A stretch of 64,000 nt of DNA from Auanema rhodensis (Eukaryota > Animalia > Nematoda): contig OZ059899.1 in NCBI GenBank assembly GCA_964057225.1, forward strand, positions 15,128,001-15,192,000, read 5' to 3'. Under the pieces are notes generated by a model, which was not told the DNA's origin, ran no database searches, and saw nothing but the letters and a program-made list of their open reading frames with translations. Positions 1 through 15,060 of the stretch are shown here, piece by piece (position 1 is the first letter of the stretch; every line of letters begins with the position of its first letter). Position numbers and translations under genes: made by a program.

Positions 1-1435
1 CATACATATACTTCTAAACATTGTAATGATCTTTTATACATATGCACACAACTACATGAAGAAGAAGCACACACAAGCTTTCAACTCATTTTCCATCTTT
101 GTCGTCATTTTCTCTCTCTCTCTCTCTACCTCTCTCTCTCTCTCTCATTTCTTTGGCATCTTCTCCATTTTCCTTCTAGATGTCAGTCCAAAATTTTTCG
201 TTTTAATTTCGATGCATATTCAACAAAAAAAATGAAAAGAATGATATTTCTATCGTCTGCTCAAGTAAATATCTTTTGATTTTCTTTCGAAATAGAGTAT
301 AATTTAGCTTTAGATGTACATGAACGTACTTCGTACTGTGATCAAAGTAATACAAGTTTTTCCTTGCAAAGCTTTTCCTCTTTTTTTTCTCAAAAATCTA
401 CTCGTTTTCTTCTTTTTCCTCTTCATCTTTTTCATCTTCTTTGCTTCTTCTGGTCATTTATTCAAATCCAAACTCAGTTGAGTTGAGCTATTGCCATAGC
501 AGATATACATCCATATCCTTTTCTCCTGTTTTTTCTTTGAATTACGTCGTTGAAATAAAGCAAAAAAACGTTTTTTTACTTATTTCCATCACATCTAATT
601 CTCATAAATATTTCTAATTTTTCAACTTATTTTCCAATTGAGTAGATGAGAGAAAATGATTTTCTATGTAATAGCTTAAGGGCTAACAGCTCTGATAGAT
701 AGATGATGTCCTGTATGTTCGTGACGACAATACTGATGCTGAAGCCTTTTCTTCAGTTTTTTACTTGCAAATTAACATTCATGTATAATACTTATTTGAA
801 TTGAGCTAAGTCTTGGCTACTCTTTTCTCTCTTTCTCTTTCTCTCTCTCTATATCTCTCTCTCTGTTTCTATTTTCGTCTAATATCTTCTCTCATCGTTC
901 AGTAAAAAACTCATGTTTCTTCTTAGTCAGCCGAATCTGAGAGAGAAATGAAAGTGGTATGCAGGCATATGAGAGAATGAGAAAAAGACGTAACTATTGA
1001 AAGAGAATGAGACAAACTGACTGAGATAAGGAGGGAGAGAATGCCACAGAGTTGAGGAAAACGCTTCCGAGGACATATATGGCCTAAAGCGAACAGTCCC
1101 CGGAGGCCAAGTCGATGCTAGTGCTGCCAGCCATCCGACGGCTGTTTTTCCTTTTCAGCTTTTCACTCTCTCTCTCTCTTCGACTTCTTCGTCCTCGTCG
1201 TCTTCTTCTTCGTCTTGCATTTACACGTCTTCATTGCCTAGATTTCTTCACTCTTATCCTGACTTTCACGTATATTCTCATTTACATTTATGATATTTGG
1301 AAAAGCTATATGACTATATTCAAAACTTGAGGAATTCATATTGAAAATGAGTGATCTGGTCTATCTAGAATTCGCCAGATTCTCAATGATTAGCTTTAGT
1401 TCTAGCATCAAGGAAGTGCCAATACAAGAGAAACT

Positions 1436-1478
<43 letters not shown>

Positions 1479-2259
1479 AGAAGAGAATAGTTAGAAGCTC
1501 TGATCATTCAGATCATAGGACATGTAGCATCTCTGTGTTTATAGCATTGATGAGAAGTAGCTTAAGAGTAGAAAAAAACCATTTTAATTCAGAAATGATA
1601 GAGAGACACGACGATAGAAAGAATTTGAATACGATAGAGAGAATGAGATATCGAGAGAGTGAAGACGAGGAAGATGAGAGAGAGATCCTTTCTCATCCAA
1701 TGTTCTCCAGAAACAGCAATACTTCTAGGTTTTTCTCTCTTGCCGAAGTTCTATTGAAGCTCTTCTAATTCGATTGTTCCTTCCAATTGTTTTGCTATAT
1801 TCACAATCTTTTCTTCGTTTTCCTCGTTTTAGCATCTTTCCCTCTCTTCCAATGTCTCATTCTCTCTATCATCTTGTCTCTTTTCCTCTTCTCTCCTGCT
1901 TGTCATATTGTCTTAAACGAGAGAAACATAGACGAAATCCTTCCGATTTCCTTTTTTCGTTTTCGGCCCAATCCGTTGATCCAACGCCTTAACACCCTCC
2001 ATCGGCCTTCTGCATTCGTTTTGGTCTGCTAAGCCTTGTACTAGACTAGGTCTATCATATTTCCTTCTGGAATTGAAGAATCTCTTTACGATCTTTGCCA
2101 TATATTAGCTTTGCCTGTATGACGACATCATGGTCAAAGAGCTTGAGATCTGGAATTTCTCCCAGCAGAAAGCAACATTCAAAGGTAAAACAGTGTCAAC
2201 ACTAGTCTGTAGTAGGTGAAAGAGGTTGACTGTTCGATCTCCCTTTGTCTCTCTCTCTA

Positions 2260-2293
<34 letters not shown>

Positions 2294-4113
2294 TATCACT
2301 CTCTATCTCTCATCTCTTCGTTTTTAAGTTGAAAGCAGAAAAATAATTTTAAATTTATTTCAATATGTAGAATTATGTTTTGTGTTCATCTTCCTGTCAT
2401 CTTTTCCATCATCCCACACATTGTGCTTCCTACTATGCCCTTTTCAGTGCCACTTTCTCTGTCACTTTTTTTTCTTTTCTTCCGCTTTTTCTTCTTCTGT
2501 GTAATTGATCTTTCAATGCTCAGCAGGTTTTCATGTGACCTCATCTGAAAGGATCGTTTTCGTGAGCTCATTTCAGCCATTTTTTCACCAAAATTCAATT
2601 GAAAATATCATTTTGATTTCACCAAAAATCGCTGTTTACCAGATGTAAACTCATAGATATATACATGTAATTCTTCATCAACATGAAATCGAGGAAGTAT
2701 TATCATCTTAAAGGACATTTTGATGAACTAGATCGTCCTTTGAACCATAATCATTTGGCTTCCTTCGTTAGACATCCATTTTTGTGGTCCAAGTGAGAAG
2801 AGGAGGGAGGAATGTCATTTTTTTTTTAAAAAACGAAGAATCTTCAGCATTTTCTCTCAAACAAACGCTTAATCAAGCAAATTGTTGATATATGAATGAA
2901 ACTATTTCTCTTTCAGCTTAATTCATTTTCTTTATAATTGTTGAAATATGTTTACGTGAACATTTCACGTAAAGTTGTATTGAAGTTGATGAATTAAGTT
3001 GAAAGTTTATATATTGAATTCTATTAAGAACATAACAGAATAAGTATTTGATTTGTGATAATCAGGATGTTGCATTGTCTTAATATAGCATGTTTGGAGA
3101 AATCATGAAGAAGCTGCTGAAAAGGAATTCCGATGCATAAGAAGAAGAAGAAAGAGAGAGAGAGGGAAGGACTTGGAAATTTGTATGAAAAGAGAATCTA
3201 AAGCTATTACAAGGTTAAGCAAGCTTTTTTCTATATTTTGTTATTCAAGTTGAAACACAAGTTTGAAGATGTCTATGTATAATTAGTGTTAAGCATGTAA
3301 AAGAACAAATTAATTTCATAAGAGATGAATTAAACTTAGAAAGAGAGAGAGAGGGAGAGAGAGAGAGAGAGAGGATGTTGAAGAGAAAGAGAGATAGTAC
3401 AATGATTATGATTGAATAGGTTGATGGCTGATCACGGTAGAAGTTGCGAAGAGCAAGAAAGGGTCGAAAGGATGCTATCGTCGCCGACAATTGTTGTCTC
3501 TTTGTCTTTGGTTGTCGGCCATTCAGAAGAGTATAGAAAGGGTCCTTCTCATATTTTTTTGGATAAATGCCAATCAATCAGAAGAAGCTGATAGAAGTCG
3601 TTGATATATTAGGCATATATGAGAGTTTATAGAGAAGCAGACGAGATGAAACTTCAATTTTTCTTCTCTTTATTTCATATTTGGTCACATTCATGTATGT
3701 ACATGCTTCATCCTTTCTCAAAAATCCTTTTGAAATAATTTGAAAAATTTTTTCGTTTCAAAACTAATTAATCAATTATCATATTCTCTATTCATTTCAT
3801 TTTATTTCAATTGTTTTCAACTTCAAATGACCTATTTCATTGAATTTGTAAAAAAACATTTTCCACTTTTCTGAAACATTTCATATTTATACAAGAAATA
3901 CCCTAAAGCACTATATATTCTCTTCATCATATTTCTTCCCTCAGGCTATAAACCAAGATCTTCCTTTGACTGACTGACTGACTTTCTTATTCTTCCTTGA
4001 AACGTGCTAACTGGATTACACCATTAGCATATCATCATATACACTAGCACGTGGCAATACGTGAACTGTCATCTTTCACGATTTCTCGCACTAGCCGGTT
4101 GTTTTTCTTTCTT

Positions 4114-4152
<39 letters not shown>

Positions 4153-5846
4153 CTCTCTATTCATATTATGCTTATAGCATTTTTACATAATTTTTGTGAT
4201 TTTGGTTAACATCTAGCAATGAGCGAAAGAGGAATAGCTACTCCAATGGGACCAGTTATTCTAATTGCTTGAGCCAATAATACTAAATCTCTTCTCACAC
4301 GGCCACACACATGCTTATTCCCTCTATTACATCTCGTATCTCTCTCTATCTATTTCTCTTTATTCATCTGTCTATGAATGGTTGAGAGTAATGACGAAAT
4401 ATCTTGATACTCCACAGAGCAGCAAGTCTACCAAACTTGACGGGGCTTACCCATAATCACACTGTGTGCAACAGATGCGTAAGCTTGAAATATCGTCAAG
4501 CTAGTGTCCCTTGCCGATTTCAGAAGTTTTTTTTTTCGTTATTTTCTTATCTCATATTGTCCAGCGTTTTTCAGTTCATACCACTCTAATCCTCTATCCT
4601 TTCCGATTTCCTTTCCCTCTTTCCTATTCTGTCTCTTATTTCTTTTAGATTTTTCGAACAACAAGTGTGAAAATCAGTGTCATATCAGCTTGTCTGTTCG
4701 GCCGTCAACCACAAGTTTAGCCAGTTGAATAGTCGTCGACGCCAAAGAGCTGGATAGCTAGCAACAGATGCAACAAGCTTCTCACTCTGATTCAAACTCA
4801 CACATTCAGTTATCTCTCTTTCTTTCTCTCGCTCTCTCTCTCTCACACACACACACATTTTTTCTGTTGGCTACCATACTTGCTATTTATGGTTCGAGCT
4901 CAGCCTTCTGGCAGAATCACCATGCTCAAGCACAAGCAGTATCATAGCAAGTAAAGCATAACAGCTTGGAGCCATCCATCGTTCGTCTGAATCCTGCTCT
5001 ACTGCAGTCAGATGATTCAACAAGCTTACAACTTTGCGTCCGAATTCCGACCGTTATCCTCATTCGTCTTTTCGTGTGGAACATCTGATGATATGTGCCA
5101 TGGCTAGCTACATACACACATATACATGGATATATCTATATATCTTTTTCTATCTTTCATCTTCTAACTATGTGCATATAGTATATCAGGCAAAAATATT
5201 CTCATATATCTATGATAAGACGTAAAATCTATTAAATCCTTTTAACTATATCTCTCAACTAACTATTTGCACTGAGAAAAACATATCTCAGCTTCAGTTG
5301 TTAGAACTGCAGTCTTCATATATCACCAATGTATTAAGCCTGACCGGAAATGACATTTCCGGTAATGTTTTGATGCTGTTCATCAAGCCAGGAATGTTGT
5401 TCCGAACCCATAACCATAAGCCGTTTAGCTTGTGTGGTACATTACCCATCATCACAGATCATAGTTGTATCATTACAAAGTTTTTTTTCTGGATCATTAT
5501 CGTTGACGATTGCTTGCCATCATCATCATCTTCATCATTGTCGTCGGCAATGTTGGCATTAACGAACATTTCCAAATCGTAGATGCTTGTTCATGCTTCA
5601 TACAACTATCAACATCATATCATTATGTTAGAACGTAGCATGTCAATAGAGTTCTGATGTCGATAGTACGTGACATTGTGTCATATATAGTAAGAGAGAG
5701 AAACAGAGTGCTCAACAGCTCATTTTCTGCGCTTCTTTTTCTGCTTGAAGCACAGCATAGCTTCAATTCCATCTAAACAAGTCTAATTGGATGAAACTTC
5801 TGTGGTAGTGGTCGTGATGGGTCCTGGGACGAAAATCCTTTGCTTT

Positions 5847-5849
<3 letters not shown>

Positions 5850-5913
<64 letters not shown>

Positions 5914-6136
5914 CCTATCTCTCTCTCTCTTTCTTTCTCCCTCTCTTACTATATCCGTTTTTCTATCATATTCTATTCAGAGTTTACCTAACTCATTTCA
6001 GCTTATCCGTATGAAATCCTGCCTCTATTCCTCATTTTGCCTCCACGTTTCTTGTGAAAGCTTCAGAATATACAAATGCATATTCTCTTATCAATTCATC
6101 TTTTTTTCTCTCAGTTCTCAATTCACAAACATTTTA

Positions 6137-6196
<60 letters not shown>

Positions 6197-6205
6197 CTCT
6201 CTCTT
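5850..6205. repeat. (CT)n microsatellite tracts (representative)
   Basis: Long CT runs at about 5850-5930 and 6141-6205. Similar (CT)/(AG) tracts at about 1438-1476, 17316-17350, 18777-18832, 19741-19805, 23822-23864, 26451-26496 and 27428-27458. Confidence 0.95.
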
Positions 6206-6580
6206 TCTGTATATCCTTATTCTGTTTCTGATTATTTGCTCAACCAACATGAGAGTAACACAGACTTTTTAACATCTACATGTTTAATTCCTTTTTGAAA
6301 ATTGGATTCTATTTCTGCTGCATCTCTCGTCGGACGAATCATCCTTGTCCTCATCCCCGTTCACAACTCTTATTTCTTGTCCTTTACGTCAATATCATCA
6401 TCATACTTACCATATTTTCACCTTCCGTATGTTTCAAGAGAATATTTGGGAAAACCATTACTTCTAAAGCACTTCCTCATCCATTTCCTTCATCAGTCTG
6501 TCCTTTTTCCATCCAAATTCACCGTACTCTTTAATATATGCATCTATAACATTACCTCATTTCAGAATCGTTCTCTCTTA

Positions 6581-7525
6581 ATGTCACAGCCACGTGCTGT
6601 ACACATGCTCGACGTACCCGATGGCGCTCCTAGATGTGACGGTGGAGCATGTCGTGGAGGTTGGAAAGAACACGCATGGAGGTATGTTCCCTTACAACTT
6701 GAACAAAACAAAAAATATTTGAAAAATCAAGAAAATAGAGTTCACGTGACCATTCACGTGAACTTTAAATTTTGAAAAACATATATAACATGACAAGACA
6801 TGAGTATATTGGTTGGATAACTTGTCATTCAAATCAAAAAAAAAAAAAGTTCATTTGAATGTTGTAAGACAACAATGATCGGTTGTTCTTTCTTTTTTTC
6901 TTCTTTTTTTGTTAAGAAAATAAGAAAGAAAGATGAAGGGAAATATTATCTTTCTTATTCATATATAATCCAACAAAAACGTAATAATCTCAATTTCCCT
7001 CGCAATAGAATGACAACAAAATTTGAAAAAAAAAAAAATTTTTTTTTTCGTGCCTCATTGAGTGTATATGCGTGTTGGGTTCAGACACACTTTTCTTTAT
7101 ATTTCACACATGTTTTGGTCAAAATTATAGTATTTTCTTGGAAATATATGTATATACATATAGTTAGTTAGTTAGTTAGTTAGATATATACATATATGTT
7201 TAATTTAAAGAATTAAGTATTGTATATACTAATATTATAATAATAATTTAGATTTATTGATTGAAATTATTAAAATTATAAATAATTGACTTTGATTAGA
7301 TTAGGCTTTTCCTTTGACTTTTTTTAAACTATATCTTTATATGATATATTAACATTTCCGCAAAATTAAATCGAATTTTCTTGTAGAAAACAGAAAAGTT
7401 TGTAACGATGCAACTTAAAACTTGAAATTGTTGGTTGTTAATGAGCAGCAGAAATATAATGATGATGATGATCATGTTGGTACTAAGAGAAATCTGGGAA
7501 AAATGGATAGAACATCAAATAATAC

Positions 7526-7558
<33 letters not shown>

Positions 7559-10500
7559 GAGAGAGATGGACAAGGGGTAAGATTAGAGAGAGAAGATGAC
7601 CAATTTAAGAGACAGAGCAACGAATAAGAGAAGAGAATTTGAATGACAACTTCCGTTGTATTTCGTGTTAATAGCTGCTGATTCAGATGACCAGACAAGA
7701 TTTTCTTTCAAACATTCCCTTCGTCTATCTCACTGTCTGAATGTTGTGATCTAGCTCAATTGGTTCAAAGCTTTTCAGTTCATCTCATGAGAAAGAACTC
7801 TCAATAGATTTTCCTGTACATGCTTTAGTTTATTACGAAAGAACATCATGCTTCTCCTTCTTCTTCTTCTATTTTGCATTTTTTTTAGTTTAAGGACTTC
7901 TATCATCAGGTTGTAACTGAAGAAATGGAAAGAGAATCTTGTTTTTCCTTTCTTCCTCATCTTCATTCACTTTCTGAAGCGTAGATTTGAGTGAAGGTAT
8001 TATTTACTTTGAGTCTACTCTTGCTTTAGTAGATAACAATCCGATTTATCACTTCTATATCCATGTGCCTATTGGTCTTCTGTATGAATCATCTGCCCCA
8101 TATCGTTGCCGAATATATGTGATGACGAATGATCTGTCGGCACAATATACCAGGACATGCCTGAATCCCCCTGAGGCAATAAAATGACTCTTTTGTCTCT
8201 TGAAAGGTTCCGTCTTCAACATTACATATCTGCAACTTCATTCTATATACGCAGCAGGTTTTTTGGGCTTCAAATGCCGTCTGAAACGTTCATGCTTTCC
8301 GGATTCATCATGATTGCCATCATGCATCTGTTCCATATATCACTCAGCTATTTGCGTTTTCTCGCTGGCAACATCGTCCAGATTTGCGTGCTTTTCCTCA
8401 TCAGACACGAACTGACGTCTCTGTTTGGAACCAATGCGGCTTCTTCAGCCTTCTGACCTTCATTACGATCGATCTACAACTTCTTGACGGAATGCTTCCA
8501 GCCCCTACGGATTAGGTCCAGCATAGTCTGTTTCTATAACCTAATCCCTTTCCCGAAGGCTCTTAGCTTGTTCGTCTTCGTTTATATGTATGAACGTGTG
8601 CTCCAGTCTCAGAAATGGAGCAGTTTTTTCCTGGAAATTTCGGAAGAAATTCACAACAACTCCTCCAATTTCCAACTTTACTTTATTGTTTATTTAGATA
8701 AAAGAAGAATCATCCTCTAAGCTAATCCTATGCCATGTATATCATCTGTTTCTAACTCTTCCATTTGTCGTTTTTCTTCTTCTTTTTCCTAAATTTGTTT
8801 ATTTATTTTATAAAAAAAAAGTTCTTTTCTCAACATCCATAAATGACTCATTCTTTCAACTTCATCTTCCAAATTTCTCGCCATTTCCTGTAAATTATAT
8901 ACAATTGGTCATTTAGTCATTTATATTTCGTGATTTTATTGCAGTTCTCCTCATAAAAATGCTGGAAAAATGCTGGAAAAATGATAATATTCAAAATTTT
9001 CTACTTTTTCTTTTCTTCTTTAAAGTTTTTGTTTCTTTGTTTGTAAAATTCTTATTGTTTAAACTGACCCAATGGTTTGATGTTAGATCTTATTTCCTTT
9101 AAAAGCATCAGTTACATCATTTTCCCATATTGGTCTCCGCTTTCTATTCAACGTCTTCATAAATCTACATCGTCGTTTTCCTCGTCATCTTCTATTTTTC
9201 GTTTATCGTCCACTGTTTCGATGACTGCCTTTCGGCCATTCTATTACATTAAAGAAAGTTTGTCGTCACACAAAACCAAATCTGGACGAGTAGCAGAAGC
9301 TCGTGTAGACTCAGACTGATTCTGCGATGTGCGCTTCTTCCGACTCTTCTCGCACGTTTCTCACTCTATTTCTCTCTCTTTCTCTCTAATTCTCTCTCCT
9401 ATTCTTTGATTCACATCATCTTTTTCGATCACTACAGATGTCATAAAGACCCCACCCTATCCTTCTATACCAATCTCCCGCCCTCCCACCCTCTTTTAGC
9501 CGTCGTTAGATAGATACCACAGACCATTGTTGTCTCTCATCTCCGGATTTGTTGATGGCTGTGATGATGATGAACATGGTGGTACTGAATGAGCTAATGT
9601 ACACGAAAGTTCCGTTTACTAGTCATTAGCAGAGTATCACCTATGATCATCATCCGTGCCACTCCGTTAACAGTTCCTGAGAAGCTGCGCCGAACACGAC
9701 CATCATGATTCAGATGGCATAACGCGAAAATTCTCACGCACATCCTCTCACATACTTGTATTTTCTTTTCTTCTCTCTTGTATTCGTTATGTTCCTCACT
9801 TTAGCTGTCAACTCGTCATGCAGCTTTCCGATCATCATATTCGATTATCAACATCAGACACGTCATGTACTACCCCCACCCCCCTTCCATCTCATTTCCT
9901 GTACCTCTCACCCCACTTGTTCACGCGTTCTGCCATTCGTTTTTCCCAATTTTTATCATTTGATGCAAATTTTTTCATTTCATTTATGTCAATGTTCCCT
10001 CATGATCTATATTATTTGCAAATGTTTCCTTCACATCTGTGAGATTCCTCGAGATATCTGGTGAACCCTGACGCCTTTACTTCCAGATTTTCTTCTGCAT
10101 CTTCGTCATATCAATTTTTTTTTCGTATTTTCCCCGAAATTCATCTCGATTGGCTTTGTTTTTATGTTTTCGTATACTTTTTTTTCTGCTCTTTCTCTTC
10201 ATCTATTTCACTCTTTCAAGCACTTTAATATTATAATTCAGTTTTTACCTTTGAAGCGTCAAGTTTCTCAGATTTGTAGAACAAGCTTAATGCACTTTGC
10301 CCATATTCACAAAACAATTAAACAAATGTTTTCAAACAAACTTTGTTTTTTTTTTTTCAAATTTTAACGATTTCTTTTAGAAATTCTATCATTAATATAA
10401 TATTATAAATAATATAAAACAACCATTCATTCAAAGAAAAAAAAGAAAAATGAATATGTTTCACGTGAAAAACTATACTAATATTCTAATTTTCACGTGA

Positions 10501-13500
10501 AAATAAAAATATTTTAAATTAAAACATATAATATTTTAAAGTTTTTAACTATATGTATATAGTTTAATAAATTAAATCATATTCATTAACATAATTATCT
10601 TTTTTTTTCAATTTTCTTCCTCAAAATTGATTGTTTTCTTCAAAGGTTTTTTCTATTTTTCTCTCTTTCTCTCTCTCTCATCAGCATTCTTTCGTTTGTC
10701 TCAATCGATGAATTTTGAAGGCTAGTTAGGAAAAGATCGTCTGAAATCTGATGCCATCAGAAGAAAAAAGAATGAAAAAGAAATTGTGGAACAATAAACG
10801 AGTGATGATGAGAAGAGGAAAATGTGAGCAAAAACTGCTGTTTATGAGGTTTTGAACATGACGTTGTACCTGCGGAACGTTTTGTGTTCCAACTTTTTTT
10901 TCTGTTTTCTTGTAAGAAAAAACCTTTTTTTTCGAACCATTTGTCTCTGTTCCGGTGTGCTTCTGAGATTACAAGCAGAAATATACTGATAATCATGTAG
11001 AGCATGCTTGTTATGCAAGCTGATCTTGTGGAAAGCTTTGAATTTTGACAACAAGTTTATACCGGTCAACTGACTGTTTCAAGTTTATTTGATTCAGTTT
11101 AATATGATCATACATGTTTATCAATGACTTCTATAAATTAATTCTCTCTCTCTCTTTCCCTCTCCCTCTCTCTCTCTCTTTCTCTCTAGCTCTCCCTCTC
11201 TAGCTCTCTTTCTAGCTCTCTCTCTAGCAGCTTGTATGTGTATGTGATGCTGATTTTCATCTGGTTGTATCTTTGTCTTGCTCAGCTTTCACATCTCTCT
11301 TGGGAGATATTCTGACTGATGTCATACAAGGTCAGATAAGACATTCTCTTTTCCGACCTCTGTCTCTCGCTTATTCTATCTGCTTTTCTCTTCTATTTTC
11401 TTGTTCTTTTCTTGAAATCTTAAACATGAGAAAGGGTTCATGTTTTCCTTTTTCTTACTACTTCTTCGAAGTGCTTCCCACGAGCAAGTAGAGTATATAA
11501 CCTCTTAACTTCAAAATTACCCAAAGTATGACGCCCGCTCTTTCAACGATTAAAATATTTTGGAAAATATTAATCGAAATTGCACTGATATAGCCCCATA
11601 TTATAGTTGATTACCTCATATTCACATAGTTAACACAATAGAATAATATACATATTTATAGTTAATAGGCTATTTGCAACTGTTTGTCTTACTTTCATAC
11701 TTTACTTCTTCATATCTCCTCTCTCTCTCTCTCTCTTTTTTTCTCCCTTATCTTACTAACTTGATGGCAAAGGCTGCCTGAGGGCATGTGTTATGTGTCA
11801 CATCAACCTTCACTACGTTACTCTCTATCTCTTACAATCTCTTAATATCTAAATGAATCATTTAGTCCCTCGTTAAGTTTATCTTGCGCTCTCTCCTTAA
11901 CATCATCCTCATTACGTAAAAATTTGTGTGTCTTTGAGCATTACACTAGTTCGTTTTCTCTCTCTCTCTCTCTCTCTCTGTTAAATTCCCTTTTTATACA
12001 TCACTCTCTCTCTTTATTTTTCTTTCTTTCTGTCCCTGTACATCTCTCTCTTTCTCACACAATCTCTCCTTATTTCTCTTTATGTTTGTGTGAGAAGTAC
12101 TGAGAAGGGTAATTAGCCTCCCTCTTTGCTTCATTGATGTCTTCTCTTATCTTCAAAAGATAAAGAAATAGATTAGAAGATATCAGAGCAACCAGAATAG
12201 AAAGAGCAAAGCAAAATATCAGAAGAAAGAGAGAAACAAAGGTTTAGAGATTAAGAGAGAGAGAAGGAGAGAGAGAGAGAGAATGCTCAAGACAACGAGG
12301 TAATTCTGAATTCAACGGATAAACGTAACGAATACTGCTGTGAGAGATAGAGAATGGAGAAACACGCCTGTCGTCTGTGATGACTTCTTCAGGTGTCCAT
12401 CTTTCGAACTTCTCTCTTTAAATGAAACAAAAACAAATAAACAGCCTTATAATAACATCTGAACTAATCGCCAGCTGGAGGATTTTTTTTCAAAAAAAAA
12501 AGTTTTTTCTTCATTCTCAACAAATGTGCCAACAATTTGTCCGTCTGTCTGAGCTACTGATGGATGAAGAATCTGTCAGCAGTTCGATGACGTCGGCTTT
12601 ACTTCTCATCAGCCAGCTACTTCGTTAATCTTCTGAAAGATGATGCGGACAGAGATGCTGCTTCAGGTGACACGTCGAAGCTTCAGTTCGCCGACTGCTT
12701 ATATTAACTGCCATTGACGCTGTTTCACTGTTTCGCAAAAGCCAAGAAATTGAATTCGAAATATTCGAGTCCGCTTTCATGCCAAGTTGAGCCGTGAGAA
12801 GAATGAAGCATCGAGCGCAGGAAAACGTTCCCAGACAGCCCTCGTTAAGCATACGAAGACGGTTCGTCAGGCTGGATGAGCATCATCAAGCTGACGACAT
12901 AAAGTTATCCTATCTATCTTTAGACAAAAGCCGAAGCATATACAACCGGCAAAAGCATAGCAAAGCATATGCTGATGTCGCCAAATGATGAAGAAAAATT
13001 CAAATGTCATAGCAAATGTAGTCATCAGATGACGTCGATAATGCTGATGATGTAAATTCTCATTTTTTTTGTCGTCGTTGTCGTTTGAAATAGAAACGAT
13101 GAGATCTTGTTTACGTTCAAAAAAATATATTTTTGAGAAACAGATGACAACCTATATAACAATATACGACAAAAATGTAAAGAAATAGCTTTGACATATT
13201 CTGAAGGCACAACGACGTGCGTTGACGATCGTTGAAGTATTTGATGCTGCTGCTGTACATCCTAACCAAAGAAGAGGAAGCTATCTCAACTATTTTCTTC
13301 AACAAAGTAAAAATATACAATTTATGTGTTTAAACCTGAATTTATAAATAAAAGTACAATATAGTTAAATAAAATTAATTTATTTAACAGATAATTAACA
13401 CCTTCATATCATGAGGTCATATGGCTGATGATTAAATGAAAACGATTGGAGATCAAGCTTCTTGTGTTTTTGTTTTTTCTGCTTCTCTTCATTTAAATTA

Positions 13501-15022
13501 TTAGTCTCTTGCTCTCTCTTTCGTCTCTCTCTCTCTCTATCTCCCAAATCTACACTCGTTTTCAATATCTTCTCACTCTGTTTCCCTCTCAATCTCTGAG
13601 CAATATGACTTCCAGCATCTACTTCAAGTTCTTAGTCAGTCCCACCCTCCCCCCACCCCTTTCTCCAGTTTGATCATCAGCTGCCGTCTCAATGTCTGAT
13701 TCTCTCCGAAATTTCAATGCTAACTAACTGGTTGGCGCAGACGGCTGACTCCGCCTACCCAGCGTCCGGCGGCAAGGCTGGGGTACAAGGAGGCTTCTAA
13801 CGCCGTTGCACGTCGTCGTCGTTGTTGTCATCGTTGTCGTCGTTATCATTACTCAGGATTCTCGTACGACATCTAGATATATTCAAACTGTGTAATCAAC
13901 TAATCAACGATTATTTCGTTTTAACTATCACGTGATCAAGCTAAGCTATTCCTTGTCTTCGTAAGTCTATTGACTCGTCGTCAAGACGCTTCACCCTATT
14001 CACCTATGATGGATTTCTTTTTACGGCCTGTAACATCAAGTTCACGTAAAAAAGCAGCGGCTGCTGCTGCAGCCGCCGCAGCTAAAACGGTACAATCTCC
14101 AACCTCATCCTGTCCCTCAACTCATCCAACAGCTCAGCCGACGACGTCAACAGGCTCTTCCAAATCTGAATTACCTATGTCGCCTCCTTCACTAAAGAAG
14201 AATGGCTCATTCTCTAATAGAGGTCCACTGACCACAAACATATCAGCCCGAACGGCGAACGGTTCCACGAAATCTGGAGCACGTAACCGTGTTGGAGTCA
14301 ATTCAACATCAACCCCCAGGGTTCAAGCCGATATAGCCGTGTAAGGAATTTTGTTTTCATTTATTTTTTTTTGTTTTTTTCGATTTGTCATATGCATCAT
14401 GTCTCTTTATTTTGCTATTTTTGTGTCGATCTCAGTGTCATTCCTCCCTCCCCGTCCTCACCCCCCAATTAAAATTTGATTTCAAATAAGGAAGTGAAAG
14501 ATGTAGTCATGTTCATATGTCAGAAGTTTGATCAGAAAAGCTGGTGCCAAAAGCAAACTTTCGAATAACATGATCTACACACCATGTCATCCTTCAGTTT
14601 TTCCTTGTCTCTAATCCAAACTCATTTAAATTGCCAGTTGTTTCTTCTGCTTCTTCTTGCTTTTCTTCTTCTTTCCCTTTTTGTCGTCATCATCTACTTT
14701 AGCTCTTCCACTCATCTAGTATCATCATCATCAGTATCCTCACTACTCTCCTTGTACCCACATCAGTAGCAACCCTTTAACATCTAACACCACCACTATG
14801 TATCTACAAGCCAGAGATCATTAGTCATCTTTTCCATTGGCTTTGTATTATGAAGTTCATCATCATTTTTTTTCTTGAAACTTGTCCTTGTGTGTCATGT
14901 AATCGATAATATTTAAGTTATTTTTGATCTTTTATTTTCATCGGCTCTATTACATTCTCTTAACTATTCATTCTATTTCATTCTTGTACCCCTCTAACCC
15001 TCTATAACTCCCTCTCTCTCTT

Positions 15023-15060
<38 letters not shown>

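Noticed and set aside
4219-4254. Possible upstream coding exon MSERGIATPMGP, in phase with the 6566 acceptor
   Set aside because: The donor (CCA|gttatt) is weak and nothing else supports it; 6565 may simply be a trans-splice site.
7980-8720. Higher-complexity stretch with overlapping short ORFs; possible decayed transposon or nested gene
   Set aside because: No recognisable domain, terminal repeats or consistent exon chain on either strand.
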